A stretch of 59,075 bases of DNA from positions 1 to 59,075 of the forward strand of contig CAMTFK010000001.1 of NCBI GenBank assembly GCA_947071285.1. The letters run 5' to 3'. Of the stretch, positions 18,773 through 29,300 are shown piece after piece. This DNA is from an uncultured Bacteroides sp. (GTDB taxonomy: Bacteria; Bacteroidota; Bacteroidia; Bacteroidales; Bacteroidaceae). Both the position numbers and the translations under genes were made by a program. Every line of letters starts with the position of its first letter. The stretch's first letter is position 1. The notes below the pieces were generated by a model. That model saw only the letters and a list, made by a program, of their open reading frames with translations. It made no database searches and was not told where the DNA came from.

Positions 18773-20497
18773 ATGGAAAATGTAAAGAGAATACCTTATG
18801 GCGTTTCTAACTTCGTGGAAGTAGTGGAGCAAAACCAGTATTATGTGGACAAGACGATGTATCTGCCTCTATTGGAACAGCAACCCAGCAACCTTTTCTT
18901 TATCCGTCCGCGCCGTTTTGGGAAAAGCATTTTCCTGAGTATGCTGCGGGCGTATTACGACATTGCGCATAAAGAAAAGTTTGAAGCACGTTTCGGGAAA
19001 TTGTGGATAGGACAGCACTCTACACCATTGCAAGGAACATTCCAAGTAGTTTTCCTCGACTTCTCACGCGCCAGTGGCGGAAGCGGTTCACTTGCTGAAA
19101 ACTTCGACCGCTATTGTAGTATGGTGATGGATCTTTTCGGCATGTCCTATGAAAGTTGGTATTTCCCCGGATTCGCCAAAGAGATGAAAGAGCAGCCCGA
19201 TTTCGTCAGTAAGTTGAACTACCTCAACCTCCATGCTGCAGAAACCGGCGCACACCTTTACCTCATCATCGACGAATACGACAACTTCACCAACGTAGTC
19301 CTCAACGAGCAGGGGAACGATATTTATCATGCCCTAACCCATGCCAGCGGATTCTATCGCGAGATATTCAAAAAATTCAAGGGTATGTTCGAGCGCATCT
19401 TCATGACCGGTGTCAGCCCCGTAACCCTGGACGACCTGACCAGCGGATTCAATATCGGATGGAACATCAGTACCGACTACCAGTTCAACATGATGCTGGG
19501 TTTCAGTGAAACTGACGTGCGCGAAATGTTCCTATATTATAAGGAAGCAGGACAACTGCCGGCAGACACCGACATTGATGCAATGATAGCGGAAATCAAG
19601 CCGTGGTATGACAACTACTGCTTCGCTGAAGAGAGTCTGGAACGTGACCCGAAAATGTTCAACTGCGACATGGTACTCTATTACCTGCGCAATTATATGA
19701 ACCTGGGAAAATCTCCTAAAGAAATGATAGACCCCAACACCCGCACGGACTACAACAAGATGAAGAAACTCATCCAACTGGACCGCCTGGACGGAGACCG
19801 CAAGGGAGTGCTGCGCCGCATCACCGAAGAAGGAGAAATCGTCACCAACCTGACAATTACTTTCCCGGCAGCCGAAATAGCCAATCCGGAGATATTCCCC
19901 AGCCTGCTGTTCTATTACGGCATGCTCACCATCACCGCTACCCGCGGGCAGCGTGTAGTTCTCAGCATCCCCAACAACAACGTGCGCAAGCAATATTACG
20001 ACTTCCTGTTGGAAGAGTATCAGAACAAACGATATATCAACCTGAACAACCTGACGGACTTATTTGACGGAATGGCCTACGACGGACATTGGCGCGAAAC
20101 CTTTGAGTTCATTGCCCATGCTTATAAAGAAAACTCTTCCGTGCGCAGCACGATTGAAGGCGAACGCAATATCCAAGGCTTTTTCACCGCCTACCTCAGT
20201 ACAAACGCCTATTATCTGACTGCCCCCGAAGTAGAATTAAATCACGGTTACTGCGATATGTTCCTGATGCCCGACCTGCTACGCTACGATGTGAAGCACA
20301 GCTACATACTGGAACTGAAATATCTCCCCTCCAAAGACTTTGAAGCAAAGGCCGAAGCGCAGTGGCAAGAGGCTGTAGAGCAAATACATCGCTACGCAGC
20401 AGGTCCTCGGGTGCGACAGTTCATAAAGGACACACAGCTTCATTGCATTGTAATACAATTCCGAGGTTGGGAACTGGCACGCATGGAAGAGGTATGA
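18773..20497 (+). CDS. AAA-ATPase-like protein with C-terminal PD-(D/E)XK nuclease domain (PF09820/PF08011 type)
   Basis: IPYGVSNF, YYVDKT, RPRRFGKS, IIDEYD, WYDNYCF; C-terminal GYCD...ILELKY. Confidence 0.9.
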   Translation: MENVKRIPYGVSNFVEVVEQNQYYVDKTMYLPLLEQQPSNLFFIRPRRFGKSIFLSMLRAYYDIAHKEKFEARFGKLWIGQHSTPLQGTFQVVFLDFSRASGGSGSLAENFDRYCSMVMDLFGMSYESWYFPGFAKEMKEQPDFVSKLNYLNLHAAETGAHLYLIIDEYDNFTNVVLNEQGNDIYHALTHASGFYREIFKKFKGMFERIFMTGVSPVTLDDLTSGFNIGWNISTDYQFNMMLGFSETDVREMFLYYKEAGQLPADTDIDAMIAEIKPWYDNYCFAEESLERDPKMFNCDMVLYYLRNYMNLGKSPKEMIDPNTRTDYNKMKKLIQLDRLDGDRKGVLRRITEEGEIVTNLTITFPAAEIANPEIFPSLLFYYGMLTITATRGQRVVLSIPNNNVRKQYYDFLLEEYQNKRYINLNNLTDLFDGMAYDGHWRETFEFIAHAYKENSSVRSTIEGERNIQGFFTAYLSTNAYYLTAPEVELNHGYCDMFLMPDLLRYDVKHSYILELKYLPSKDFEAKAEAQWQEAVEQIHRYAAGPRVRQFIKDTQLHCIVIQFRGWELARMEEV

Positions 20498-20571
20498 CAG
20501 CATAAAACAAGAAATCATTTGATATTTCCTTTGAGATATTGGAGAAAGGGGCATATTATGTAAAATATTTA

Positions 20572-21555
20572 TCAGCACCTCCCAATAACCGCATCCACCG
20601 TCTCCCCCTCCTTGAACAACGTCTCATCCTCCTGCACCAGCCTCTTCTTCAACCGGAACTTCTGTTGCGAAACCGAAGCAGGCGACACCGCAATAAGCGT
20701 AGCCACCTGTACATTCGTGAAACGCAGACGCATCAGCAGGCAAAGTTGCAAGTCGGCAGGCGTCAACGAAGGGAAACGTTCAGTGAGCCGCCGGGTGAAA
20801 CCATCGTACACACGGTCGGCGAGTTGAGACAAGTGTTCCCAGTCTTTATCGGAAAGGAATTTGGGCTGGCGGCGCAGACGTTCCACCACGTCGTCACGGT
20901 CTATCAATGTGGAGGTAAGAGTCTGTACCTGGCTATCAAGCAGACTGATGCGCTCGTTCCGTTCCTTCAGCAATTCCGCTTCGCGGGGTAAAGGGCGATT
21001 TTCATAATCCTTAAGACGTGTACGAAGGGACTCATTTTCATCACACAGCAGATTGCCGTGCACCATGAGATTGGTTAATGACCGGTGTACTTCTTCCCGT
21101 TCCTCATCTGTCAGCGACATCTCCTTCAGGCACTCCTGCAATTCATTCTTTTCCAGTTCATTGTTGCGCAGGCGTTGTTCATTCTCGCTCAAATCAATAA
21201 GATAGCGGCGGTGCTTACGGTCGGTCGAAAACTTGATATCTCTTATGGAAAGCCATACGTTCAGCCCTATCATCAATGCAGTAAATGCTCCCAGGAAGAA
21301 TTGCTTCCGCTTGTCGGCAGGCATCAAGCGGACGCGCTTTCCACCGGAGAGCTCTTTTACCCGATCATATTCCCGGTGCAAATCCGCCAACAAACGTACG
21401 GCATGAGCACTGTCGGCCGCACCGATATTCGCCAGCGAGTCGGCACGGACAAGGGATTGTTCATAATTCAACAGGGTTGGATTGGCAGGACTTGAACAGG
21501 CTGTCAAAATCAGCAGGAAAAACAAGGAGAAGAGAAAATGCATAGGTTTCATCAT
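20572..21555 (-). CDS. Putative membrane-anchored regulator: lipobox, TM helix, coiled coil, LuxR-like HTH
   Basis: LILTAC lipobox; TM FFLGAFTALMIGLNVWLSI; C-terminal FPSLTPADLQLCLLMRLRFTNVQVATLIAVSPASVSQQKFRLKKRL. Confidence 0.75.
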   Translation of the reverse strand: MMKPMHFLFSLFFLLILTACSSPANPTLLNYEQSLVRADSLANIGAADSAHAVRLLADLHREYDRVKELSGGKRVRLMPADKRKQFFLGAFTALMIGLNVWLSIRDIKFSTDRKHRRYLIDLSENEQRLRNNELEKNELQECLKEMSLTDEEREEVHRSLTNLMVHGNLLCDENESLRTRLKDYENRPLPREAELLKERNERISLLDSQVQTLTSTLIDRDDVVERLRRQPKFLSDKDWEHLSQLADRVYDGFTRRLTERFPSLTPADLQLCLLMRLRFTNVQVATLIAVSPASVSQQKFRLKKRLVQEDETLFKEGETVDAVIGRC

Positions 21556-21718
21556 GGTTCGATGTGTTTATTTTATTCGGAGCACAAAGATAAAGCATTC
21601 TCCCCACAATAAAGACAGAATGCAAAGCTTTTACCCACAAAATTGTTTTATGTGATAAATTTGTATTTCTTTGTACAATCATATAAATCATGGCAACGAG
21701 CCCTCATCATTACTACTT

Positions 21719-22215
21719 ATGAAAAACAAGAAGATTTCTTTACTGGGAGCCGGCCTCCTGTGTGCTGCTACTGTGTTTGCACAGAACACAAGTCCGCAAC
21801 CCTCTCCACAAGAGTTCATTACGCGGGACAGCAACATCAGTCTGCCCGCCATCTACCAAATAGATGGCGAGAAAGAAGCGAACCCTCATGCAGTAAAGGT
21901 AAGGAAATCGTACTGGCAGGAGCCGATGAACGGAGCACCTACTATGCCCTGCAGAGTTTTGCACAACTGATAAAAGACGGCCAATTGCCCAAAGTGAAAA
22001 TAAAAGATTATCCTTCCGTGCGTCGCCGCGGTGTGGTAGAAGGTTTCTACGGAACTCCCTGGAGCCATCGGGCACGCCTCAGCCAACTCGAGTTCTACGG
22101 CAAGAACAAAATGAATACCTATATATACGGCCCGAAAGACGACCCGTATCATAGCGCCCCCAACTGGCGCCTGCCCTATCCCGAAAAAGAAGCCGCCCAA
22201 TTGCAGGAGCTGGTG
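21719..22215 (+). pseudogene. GH84 beta-N-acetylglucosaminidase (O-GlcNAcase) pseudogene
   Basis: MKNKKISLLGAG...ANPHAVKV, then a frameshifting deletion at 21900/21901. Continues KEIVLAG...RGVVEGFYGTPWSH...YIYGPKDDPYHSAPNWRLPYP...QLQELV and breaks off before the catalytic FDD motif. Confidence 0.9.
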
Positions 22216-22227
22216 ATAGCCTATCAT

Positions 22228-22308
22228 TCTGTCATCCTGAACGCAGTGAAGGATCTCCTCCCTATGCATTCAGGTGAGTAGATCCTTCACTGCGTTCAGG
22301 ATAACAGA
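22228..22308. repeat. REP-like long inverted repeat
   Basis: 29-bp arms with one mismatch: TCTGTCATCCTGAACGCAGTGAAGGATCT / AGATCCTTCACTGCGTTCAGGATAACAGA. Confidence 0.88.
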
Positions 22309-22356
22309 GCGATAAACTATTTCTATTCTGATACAGCCTCACATGACAGAGGCTTT

Positions 22357-23931
22357 TTAGAACTCGCTCGTGAAATGGAACTTAATATGTTTGAAGTCCA
22401 TCTGCGCCATTTGCAGCACATATCCGCTATCCGCCAGAAAGACATCCCTCCCCTCGCGGTCTTTCGCCATATACTGATACTTACGTTTCTTGAATGCCTC
22501 CAGTTCTTCCTGGTCATCACTCTCTATCCAGCAAGCCTTATACAAACTCAACGGTTCCCAGCGGCACTTCGCACTATATTCATTCTCCAGACGATACTGA
22601 ATAACCTCGAACTGCAACTGTCCTACCGTTCCGATAATCTTCCGGCCATTAAACTGATTGACAAACAACTGTGCCACACCCTCGTCCATCAACTGGTCGA
22701 TACCCTTGGCAAGTTGTTTCTGCTTCATCGGATCGGCATTCTCGATATACTTGAACATCTCCGGTGAGAAGCTCGGTAAACCACGGAAATGAAGCATTTC
22801 CCCTTCCGTCAGCGTATCGCCAATCTTAAAACTCCCGTTATCCGGCAAACCGATAATATCGCCTGCCCAAGCCTCGTCAACCGTCGTCTTACGCTGTGCC
22901 ATGAACTGTGTGGGCGAAGAAAAACGCATTGTCTTTCCATGACGCACATGCAGATACGGTGCATTACGCGTGAATTTGCCTGAGCAAATCTTGCAGAATG
23001 CGATACAGGAACGATGGTTCGGGTCGATATTCGCCGTTATTTTAAAGATAAATCCGGTGAATTTCGGTTCATCCGGTTCTACTTCACGTTCTTCCGCCTG
23101 TACGGGACGGGGGCTTGGAGCTACCTCCACAAAGCAATCCAGCAATTCCTGCACACCGAAGTTATTCAGTGCCGAACCGAAGAATACCGGAGCCAACTCT
23201 CCTTTCAGATAGTCTTCTTTATCAAATTCAGGATAAACCCCGTCTATCAATTCTAACTCACCACGCAACTTGTCCGCCAATTGTGCACCGATTTGCTTGT
23301 CCAGTTCCTCGGTATTGATATCTACCACTACCTTCTCCGTAACCACCTGCTTGGAAGGTTGGAAAAGATTCAGATTCTGCTCATAGATATTATAAACCCC
23401 CTTGAAACGGACACCGCTCTCGATAGGCCACGTCAACGGACGCACATGGATGGAAAGTTCTTCCTCCAATTCGTCCAGCAAGTCAAAAGGGTCTTTCGCT
23501 TCACGGTCCATCTTATTGACGAAGATGATTACCGGTGTATTACGCATACGGCACACTTCCATCAGCTTACGCGTCTGCGTTTCCACACCCTTTGCACCGT
23601 CCACTACGATGATAACGCTATCTACAGCGGTCAGCGTGCGGTAAGTATCTTCGGCAAAGTCCTGGTGACCGGGAGTATCGAGGATATTAATCTTATAATC
23701 TTTGTAATCGAACTCCATCACAGAGGTGGTTACAGAGATACCACGTTGTTTCTCTATATCCATCCAGTCAGATGTAGCCGTTTTCTTTATCTTATTGCTC
23801 TTTACGGCACCAGCCACCTGAATCTGCCCACCGAAAAGCAACAGCTTTTCAGTCAATGACGTCTTACCGGCATCCGGATGCGCGATAATCGCAAAGGTTC
23901 GTCTTCTTTCTATTTCGTTATTATTTGCCAT
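22357..23931 (-). CDS. prfC: Peptide chain release factor 3
   Basis: [43 protein letters not shown]. Confidence 0.98.
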   Translation of the reverse strand: MANNNEIERRRTFAIIAHPDAGKTSLTEKLLLFGGQIQVAGAVKSNKIKKTATSDWMDIEKQRGISVTTSVMEFDYKDYKINILDTPGHQDFAEDTYRTLTAVDSVIIVVDGAKGVETQTRKLMEVCRMRNTPVIIFVNKMDREAKDPFDLLDELEEELSIHVRPLTWPIESGVRFKGVYNIYEQNLNLFQPSKQVVTEKVVVDINTEELDKQIGAQLADKLRGELELIDGVYPEFDKEDYLKGELAPVFFGSALNNFGVQELLDCFVEVAPSPRPVQAEEREVEPDEPKFTGFIFKITANIDPNHRSCIAFCKICSGKFTRNAPYLHVRHGKTMRFSSPTQFMAQRKTTVDEAWAGDIIGLPDNGSFKIGDTLTEGEMLHFRGLPSFSPEMFKYIENADPMKQKQLAKGIDQLMDEGVAQLFVNQFNGRKIIGTVGQLQFEVIQYRLENEYSAKCRWEPLSLYKACWIESDDQEELEAFKKRKYQYMAKDREGRDVFLADSGYVLQMAQMDFKHIKFHFTSEF

Positions 23932-23952
23932 ATATAAATAGGTATAATATTA

Positions 23953-24810
23953 TTATTGGGCATTCAGTTTATCAATACATACTTTCAGGCTTTCTTCCCA
24001 ATGTGGGATATGAATCCCGAAAGTATTTTTTATCTTTGTCTTATCCAATACTGAATAATGCGGACGTGGAGCCTTTGCCGGATATTCATCCGTATGCAAC
24101 GGATTAACCTTGCAAGTCGTAATGCCTGCAATGCGGTGAATGGCAACCGTAAAGTCATACCAGGAACATACGCCCTCATCACTAAAATGATAAATGCCCG
24201 GTACAATTCCCCGATTAATGGCCGCATAAATGGCAACCGCCAGGTCTTTCGCATATGTCGGTGTACCAATCTGGTCGAAAACAACTCCTAAAGATTCACG
24301 TTCACGTCCCAGACGAATCATCGTTTTCACGAAGTTGTTTCCATAAATAGAGTATAACCAGGCAGTACGAATCACCATCGCTTTTTCACAGTTCTGCATG
24401 ACTTCCTTCTCTCCTCCCAATTTAGTGAAACCATAAACGGAATTAGGACATGGGGTACAATCTTCTTTATAAGGTATATGTGCTGTACCATCGAAGACAT
24501 AGTCTGTAGAGACTTGTATCATTGCCGCAGCATTGGCCTGTGCAGCACGTGCCAGTATTCCCGGAGCCTCCTCGTTCAGTTTGCGGCATAATTCTTCGTT
24601 TTCTTCCGCCTTATCAACTGCCGTAAAAGCGGCACAATTCACTACGACATCAATCTGATTGTCGGCAATACATGCCTGTACAGCTTGTTCGTCACAGATA
24701 TCCAATTCCTGTACGTCAGTAAAAAAATAAGTGTGTTGCGGATTCTCTTTTGCAAGAACTTGCATCTCGTTGCCAAGTTGTCCGTTGGCTCCGGTTACTA
24801 ATATTCTCAT
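23953..24810 (-). CDS. rfbD: dTDP-4-dehydrorhamnose reductase
   Basis: ILVTGANGQLG, AAFTAVDKAE, STDYVFDG, YGFTK, DQIGTPT. ATG at 24810 preferred. Confidence 0.96.
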   Translation of the reverse strand: MRILVTGANGQLGNEMQVLAKENPQHTYFFTDVQELDICDEQAVQACIADNQIDVVVNCAAFTAVDKAEENEELCRKLNEEAPGILARAAQANAAAMIQVSTDYVFDGTAHIPYKEDCTPCPNSVYGFTKLGGEKEVMQNCEKAMVIRTAWLYSIYGNNFVKTMIRLGRERESLGVVFDQIGTPTYAKDLAVAIYAAINRGIVPGIYHFSDEGVCSWYDFTVAIHRIAGITTCKVNPLHTDEYPAKAPRPHYSVLDKTKIKNTFGIHIPHWEESLKVCIDKLNAQ

Positions 24811-24869
24811 CTCTATATTTAGATTCAATTAATTACAATTCACGATTGAAATGACTGTCCATCACTTTA

Positions 24870-25412
24870 TCACTCTTCCAGCTTCAACTCCCCCTTCTTA
24901 TCCTTCTCATTATAGTTGGCAAGCAAAGATATGAAACTGCTGATAGACTCTATCGCCTTCGCCGTTCCCGGCGTGATTTCCTTCTTCTGCAAACGCAGCA
25001 GCAAAACGCCATACAAAGCCTCAAAACATGTTTCCAGCTCCGGTTCATCCTTCTTTCCGCTCTTTTGGCGCAACTCTACAATAAAGGGCAGGGCTTTGAA
25101 ATAAGCCGCACTATAATAAGGGTACTTGGGTGATGATAACAATTCGCCATGCAACTCCGTCAGGTTTATCACTACATTACGGTTGATTTGCAGATGCCCT
25201 TTCTCCTTCACACCTTCGATACGCATCATATCAATCAGATTTCCATACCATTCCTCCAATGCAGGGCGCTCTTCTTCGGGATAACGGGAAATAATATTTT
25301 CGCGGATTTTATCTATATCGCAACCGTTGGCACGTATCAAATCTTCCACCTGCCACATATATATAAGGTATTCTGCGATATTCTTCGCTTTCAGTTGTTG
25401 TGCTATCTTCAT
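24870..25412 (-). CDS. DUF4924-like conserved Bacteroidetes protein
   Basis: NIAEYLIYMWQVEDLIRA, EKGHLQIN, ETCFEALYG. Confidence 0.82.
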   Translation of the reverse strand: MKIAQQLKAKNIAEYLIYMWQVEDLIRANGCDIDKIRENIISRYPEEERPALEEWYGNLIDMMRIEGVKEKGHLQINRNVVINLTELHGELLSSPKYPYYSAAYFKALPFIVELRQKSGKKDEPELETCFEALYGVLLLRLQKKEITPGTAKAIESISSFISLLANYNEKDKKGELKLEE

Positions 25413-25426
25413 GATTTTATGTTTCG

Positions 25427-26080
25427 TCAGTAAAGTGATTCGCCCATCAGCGTAAACACCAATCCAAACACAGACACAACAATGACAATGCCTCCGATGA
25501 TACGGTTCAATATCCAGATGCCGCGCAGGTTGAATTGTGTACGGACTTTATTCACAAAGAAAGTAATGCCAAACCACCATGCCAGTGCCCCCAGTGCAAT
25601 AGCCAGGTATCCGGTGACCGCCTCAAACACCAACACCCCTTCGCTGACAAAGGCAAAGCGTGCAAAGAGTCCGATAAACAGGAAAATAATAAGTGGATTG
25701 GATAGTGTGACGGCGAATGCCGTTATGAAGTTATGAAAATAAGAACCTTTATTGGTAGAAACAGGACGAATGGACGAGACGGGATTACTGCGGAACGTAT
25801 AAATGCCAAATGCCAATAGCATGATGCTTCCGAACAACTGCAAATAAAAAATATTTTTATTGACGTAATCGAATACGAAACTCATTCCGTATCCTGTCAG
25901 CAAGGCGTAGGCAATGTCACTCAACGAAGCTCCCAGTCCCGTTATAAAACCATACCAACGCCCTTTGTTCAGCGTACGCTGAATGCACAGCACGCCAACA
26001 GGCCCCAGCGGTGCAGACACAACTACCCCGATAATAAAGCCCTTCCATAATATATCGAATATGGTCCTTATTTCAATCAT
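25427..26080 (-). CDS. LysE-family translocator
   Basis: SAPLGPVGVLCIQRTL, GLGASLSD, TLSNP; several TM helices. Confidence 0.88.
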   Translation of the reverse strand: MIEIRTIFDILWKGFIIGVVVSAPLGPVGVLCIQRTLNKGRWYGFITGLGASLSDIAYALLTGYGMSFVFDYVNKNIFYLQLFGSIMLLAFGIYTFRSNPVSSIRPVSTNKGSYFHNFITAFAVTLSNPLIIFLFIGLFARFAFVSEGVLVFEAVTGYLAIALGALAWWFGITFFVNKVRTQFNLRGIWILNRIIGGIVIVVSVFGLVFTLMGESLY

Positions 26081-26254
26081 GGCTGCAAATATCGTACTTT
26101 TTTGTGAGACGAACCAATTGTGTTAACGTTTTTTCGACTGAGAATTGCAATAGCCGACTTTTTTCATGACTTTTTGATTATATGAAGATGAAGTTAGCAA
26201 AGCAGATACGAGGATTTTTTATTCTATTTCTTTCTCTCCCCCAACGATTTTATG

Positions 26255-26262
26255 TATCTTTG
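26255..26262 (+). promoter_or_regulatory. -7 promoter element (TATCTTTG) for purL
   Basis: TAnnTTTG consensus about 100 nt upstream of the ATG. Confidence 0.6.
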
Positions 26263-26326
26263 CGCCAAAGAAAAAAAGCCGGTATCTCTTGTAAGCGCTT
26301 CTCAGCCTTTTCCGGAGTACCCCAAG

Positions 26327-26354
26327 CATAAATCATAATTCATAAATCATAAAT
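26327..26354. repeat. Heptamer tandem repeat (CATAAAT x4, one variant)
   Basis: CATAAAT CATAATT CATAAAT CATAAAT, ending 7 nt before the purL ATG. Confidence 0.8.
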
Positions 26355-26361
26355 ATTCAGT

Positions 26362-29300
26362 ATGATTCTTTTTTTCAAGACCCCATCCAAGAGCGTGATA
26401 GCCGTAGAATGCGACCACGTACTTTCCCAGGCAGACATCGACAAACTCTGCTGGCTTTTTGGAGAAGCAACCCCCGAAAGTGAAGACAACCTGAAAGGAC
26501 ATTTCGTAGGTCCACGCCGCGAAATGATTACCCCCTGGAGTACAAACGCTGTAGAAATCACCCAGAATATGGGACTGGACGGCATTATCCGTATCGAGGA
26601 GTATTTCCCCGTAAAAGATGAAAACGCTGACCGCGACCCGATGCTGCAACGCATGTATAAAGGTCTGGATCAGGAAGTATTCACCACCAACCGTAAGCCG
26701 GAACCAATCATTCATATCGAAGATTTGGAAGCTTACAACGAAAAAGAAGGCCTGGCACTCTCTAAAGAAGAGATGGACTACCTCAAAAAAGTAGAGCAAG
26801 ACCTCGGACGGAAGCTGACAGACTCCGAAGTATTCGGTTTCGCACAAATCAACTCCGAACACTGCCGCCACAAAATATTCGGTGGAACGTTTATCATCGA
26901 CGGTGTGGAGCAAGAGTCTTCCCTCTTCCAGATGATTAAGAAAACAACCCAGGAGAACCCAAATAAAATTATTTCAGCATATAAAGATAATGTAGCTTTT
27001 GCCGAAGGTCCGGTAATTGAACAGTTTGCTCCGGCAGACCACTCCAAGCCCGACTTTTTCCAGGTGAAAGACATCAAGAGTGTTATCTCATTGAAAGCTG
27101 AAACACACAACTTCCCCACAACCGTAGAACCCTTTAACGGTGCATCTACCGGTACAGGCGGTGAAATCCGCGACCGTATGGGTGGTGGTAAAGGTTCATG
27201 GCCCATTGCCGGAACTGCTGTCTACATGACTTCATATCCCCGTACGGACGAAGAACGTCCCTGGGAAGAAATCCTGCCTGTACGCCAATGGCTGTACCAG
27301 ACTCCGGAACAGATTCTGATTAAAGCGTCCAATGGCGCCAGCGACTTCGGTAACAAATTCGGCCAGCCGCTGATTTGCGGTTCCGTGCTGACTTTCGAGC
27401 ATAAAGAAGGAGAAGAAGTTTACGGATATGACAAAGTTATCATGCTTGCCGGTGGTGTGGGCTACGGTACTAAACGCGACTGTCTGAAAGGCACGCCCGA
27501 AGCCGGAAACAAAGTAGTCGTTATCGGTGGTGACAACTACCGCATCGGCTTGGGCGGTGGTTCCGTATCTTCCGTAGATACCGGACGCTACAGCAGCGGT
27601 ATCGAGCTGAACGCCGTGCAGCGCGCCAACGCCGAAATGCAGAAACGTGCCTACAACGTGGTGCGTGCCCTCTGCGAAGAAGAAACAAACCCGGTGGTAT
27701 CCATCCACGACCACGGTTCGGCAGGACACGTGAACTGCCTTTCTGAATTGGTGGAAGAATGTGGTGGTGTAATTGACATGAGTAAGTTGCCTATCGGTGA
27801 CAAGACCCTCTCCGCCAAAGAAATCATTGCCAACGAAAGCCAGGAACGCATGGGCTTGCTCATTCAGGAAGAAGCCATCGAACATGTGCGCAAAGTAGCC
27901 GAACGTGAACGCGCCCCGATGTACGTGGTAGGTGAAACCACCGGCGGCCACCGCTTCGCTTTCCAGCAGGCTGACTGTGTACGTCCGTTCGACCTTGCCG
28001 TTGAACAGATGTTCGGTTCGTCTCCCAAGACTTACATGATAGACAAGACCGTAGAACGTCACTACGAAATGCCGAAATACGAGCAATCCAAATTGCACGA
28101 ATACCTGACGAATGTATTACAATTGGAAGCAGTTGCCTGCAAGGACTGGTTGACCAATAAAGTGGACCGTTCCGTAACAGGTAAAATTGCCCGCCAGCAA
28201 TGCCAGGGCGAATTGCAGTTACCATTGAGTGATTGTGGTGTGGTAGCTCTCGACTATCGTGGCGAAAAAGGTATTGCCACTTCACTGGGACACGCCCCGC
28301 AGGCTGCGCTTGCCGACCCGGCAGCCGGTTCGGTGCTTTCCGTGAGCGAAGCATTGACCAACCTTGTATGGGCCCCGCTTGCCGAAGGACTAGACAGTGT
28401 ATCACTCTCCGCCAACTGGATGTGGCCTTGCCGCTCACAGGAAGGCGAAGATGCGCGCCTCTACACTGCTGTGAAAGCTTTGAGTGATTTCTGTTGCTCC
28501 CTGCAAATCAATGTGCCTACCGGAAAAGACTCTCTGTCCATGACACAGAAATACCCCGACGGCAGCAAAGTGATTTCTCCGGGAACAGTAATTGTTTCAG
28601 CAGGCGGCGAAGTTTCAGACGTAAAGAAAGTGGTTTCTCCCGTTCTTGTTAATGATGAAAAGACTACGATTTATCACATCGACTTTAGTTTCGATACATT
28701 GAAACTGGGTGGCTCCGCCTTTGCACAATCATTGGGCAAGGTAGGCGATGAAGTGCCTACAGTGCAGGATGCCGAATACTTCCGCGACGCTTTCCTTGCC
28801 GTACAGGAACTGGTGAACAAAGGCCTGATTCTTGCCGGTCATGACATATCAGCCGGTGGTCTCATCACTACCCTACTGGAAATGTGCTTCGCAAATGTAG
28901 AAGGCGGTATGGAAATCAGCCTTGACAAAATGAAGGAACATGACCTCGTGAAACTTCTGTTTGCCGAAAACCCGGGTATTGTTATCCAGGTGAGCGACAA
29001 GCACAAAGACCAGGTGAAGCAGATATTGGAAGATGCCGGTGTAGGCTTCGTGAAAATCGGTAAGCCGACCGACGAACGCCATATCCTTATCACCAAGGAT
29101 GATGCCACTTACCAGTTCGGCATCGACTATATGCGCGATGTATGGTATTCGACTTCTTATCTGCTCGATCGCAAACAGTCTATGAACGGCTGTGCCAAGA
29201 AGCGTTTTGAAAACTATAAAATGCAGCCGCTTGAATTCGCTTTCATGCCGGGCTTCAAAGGCAAATTCTCACAATATGGCATCGACCCGAACCGTCGCAC

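Noticed and set aside
20539-20566. dif-like site (TTATGTAAAAT resembles the XerD arm)
   Set aside because: There is no XerC arm at the expected 6-bp spacing; probably chance in AT-rich DNA.
21895-21905. Programmed frameshift in the GH84 gene
   Set aside because: Coding sequence is missing at the junction and the catalytic half is absent, so this is decay rather than recoding.
21643-22281. 212-aa ORF as an intact gene
   Set aside because: It is a chimera of out-of-frame upstream sequence, a GH84 fragment and read-through into the hairpin.
17300-22320. Prophage or integrative element
   Set aside because: No integrase, relaxase, transposase or phage structural gene; only decayed accessory genes.
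23953-24810. rfbD as part of a capsule or O-antigen locus
   Set aside because: It stands alone in the lysE-DUF4924-rfbD-prfC housekeeping run, with no glycosyltransferases.
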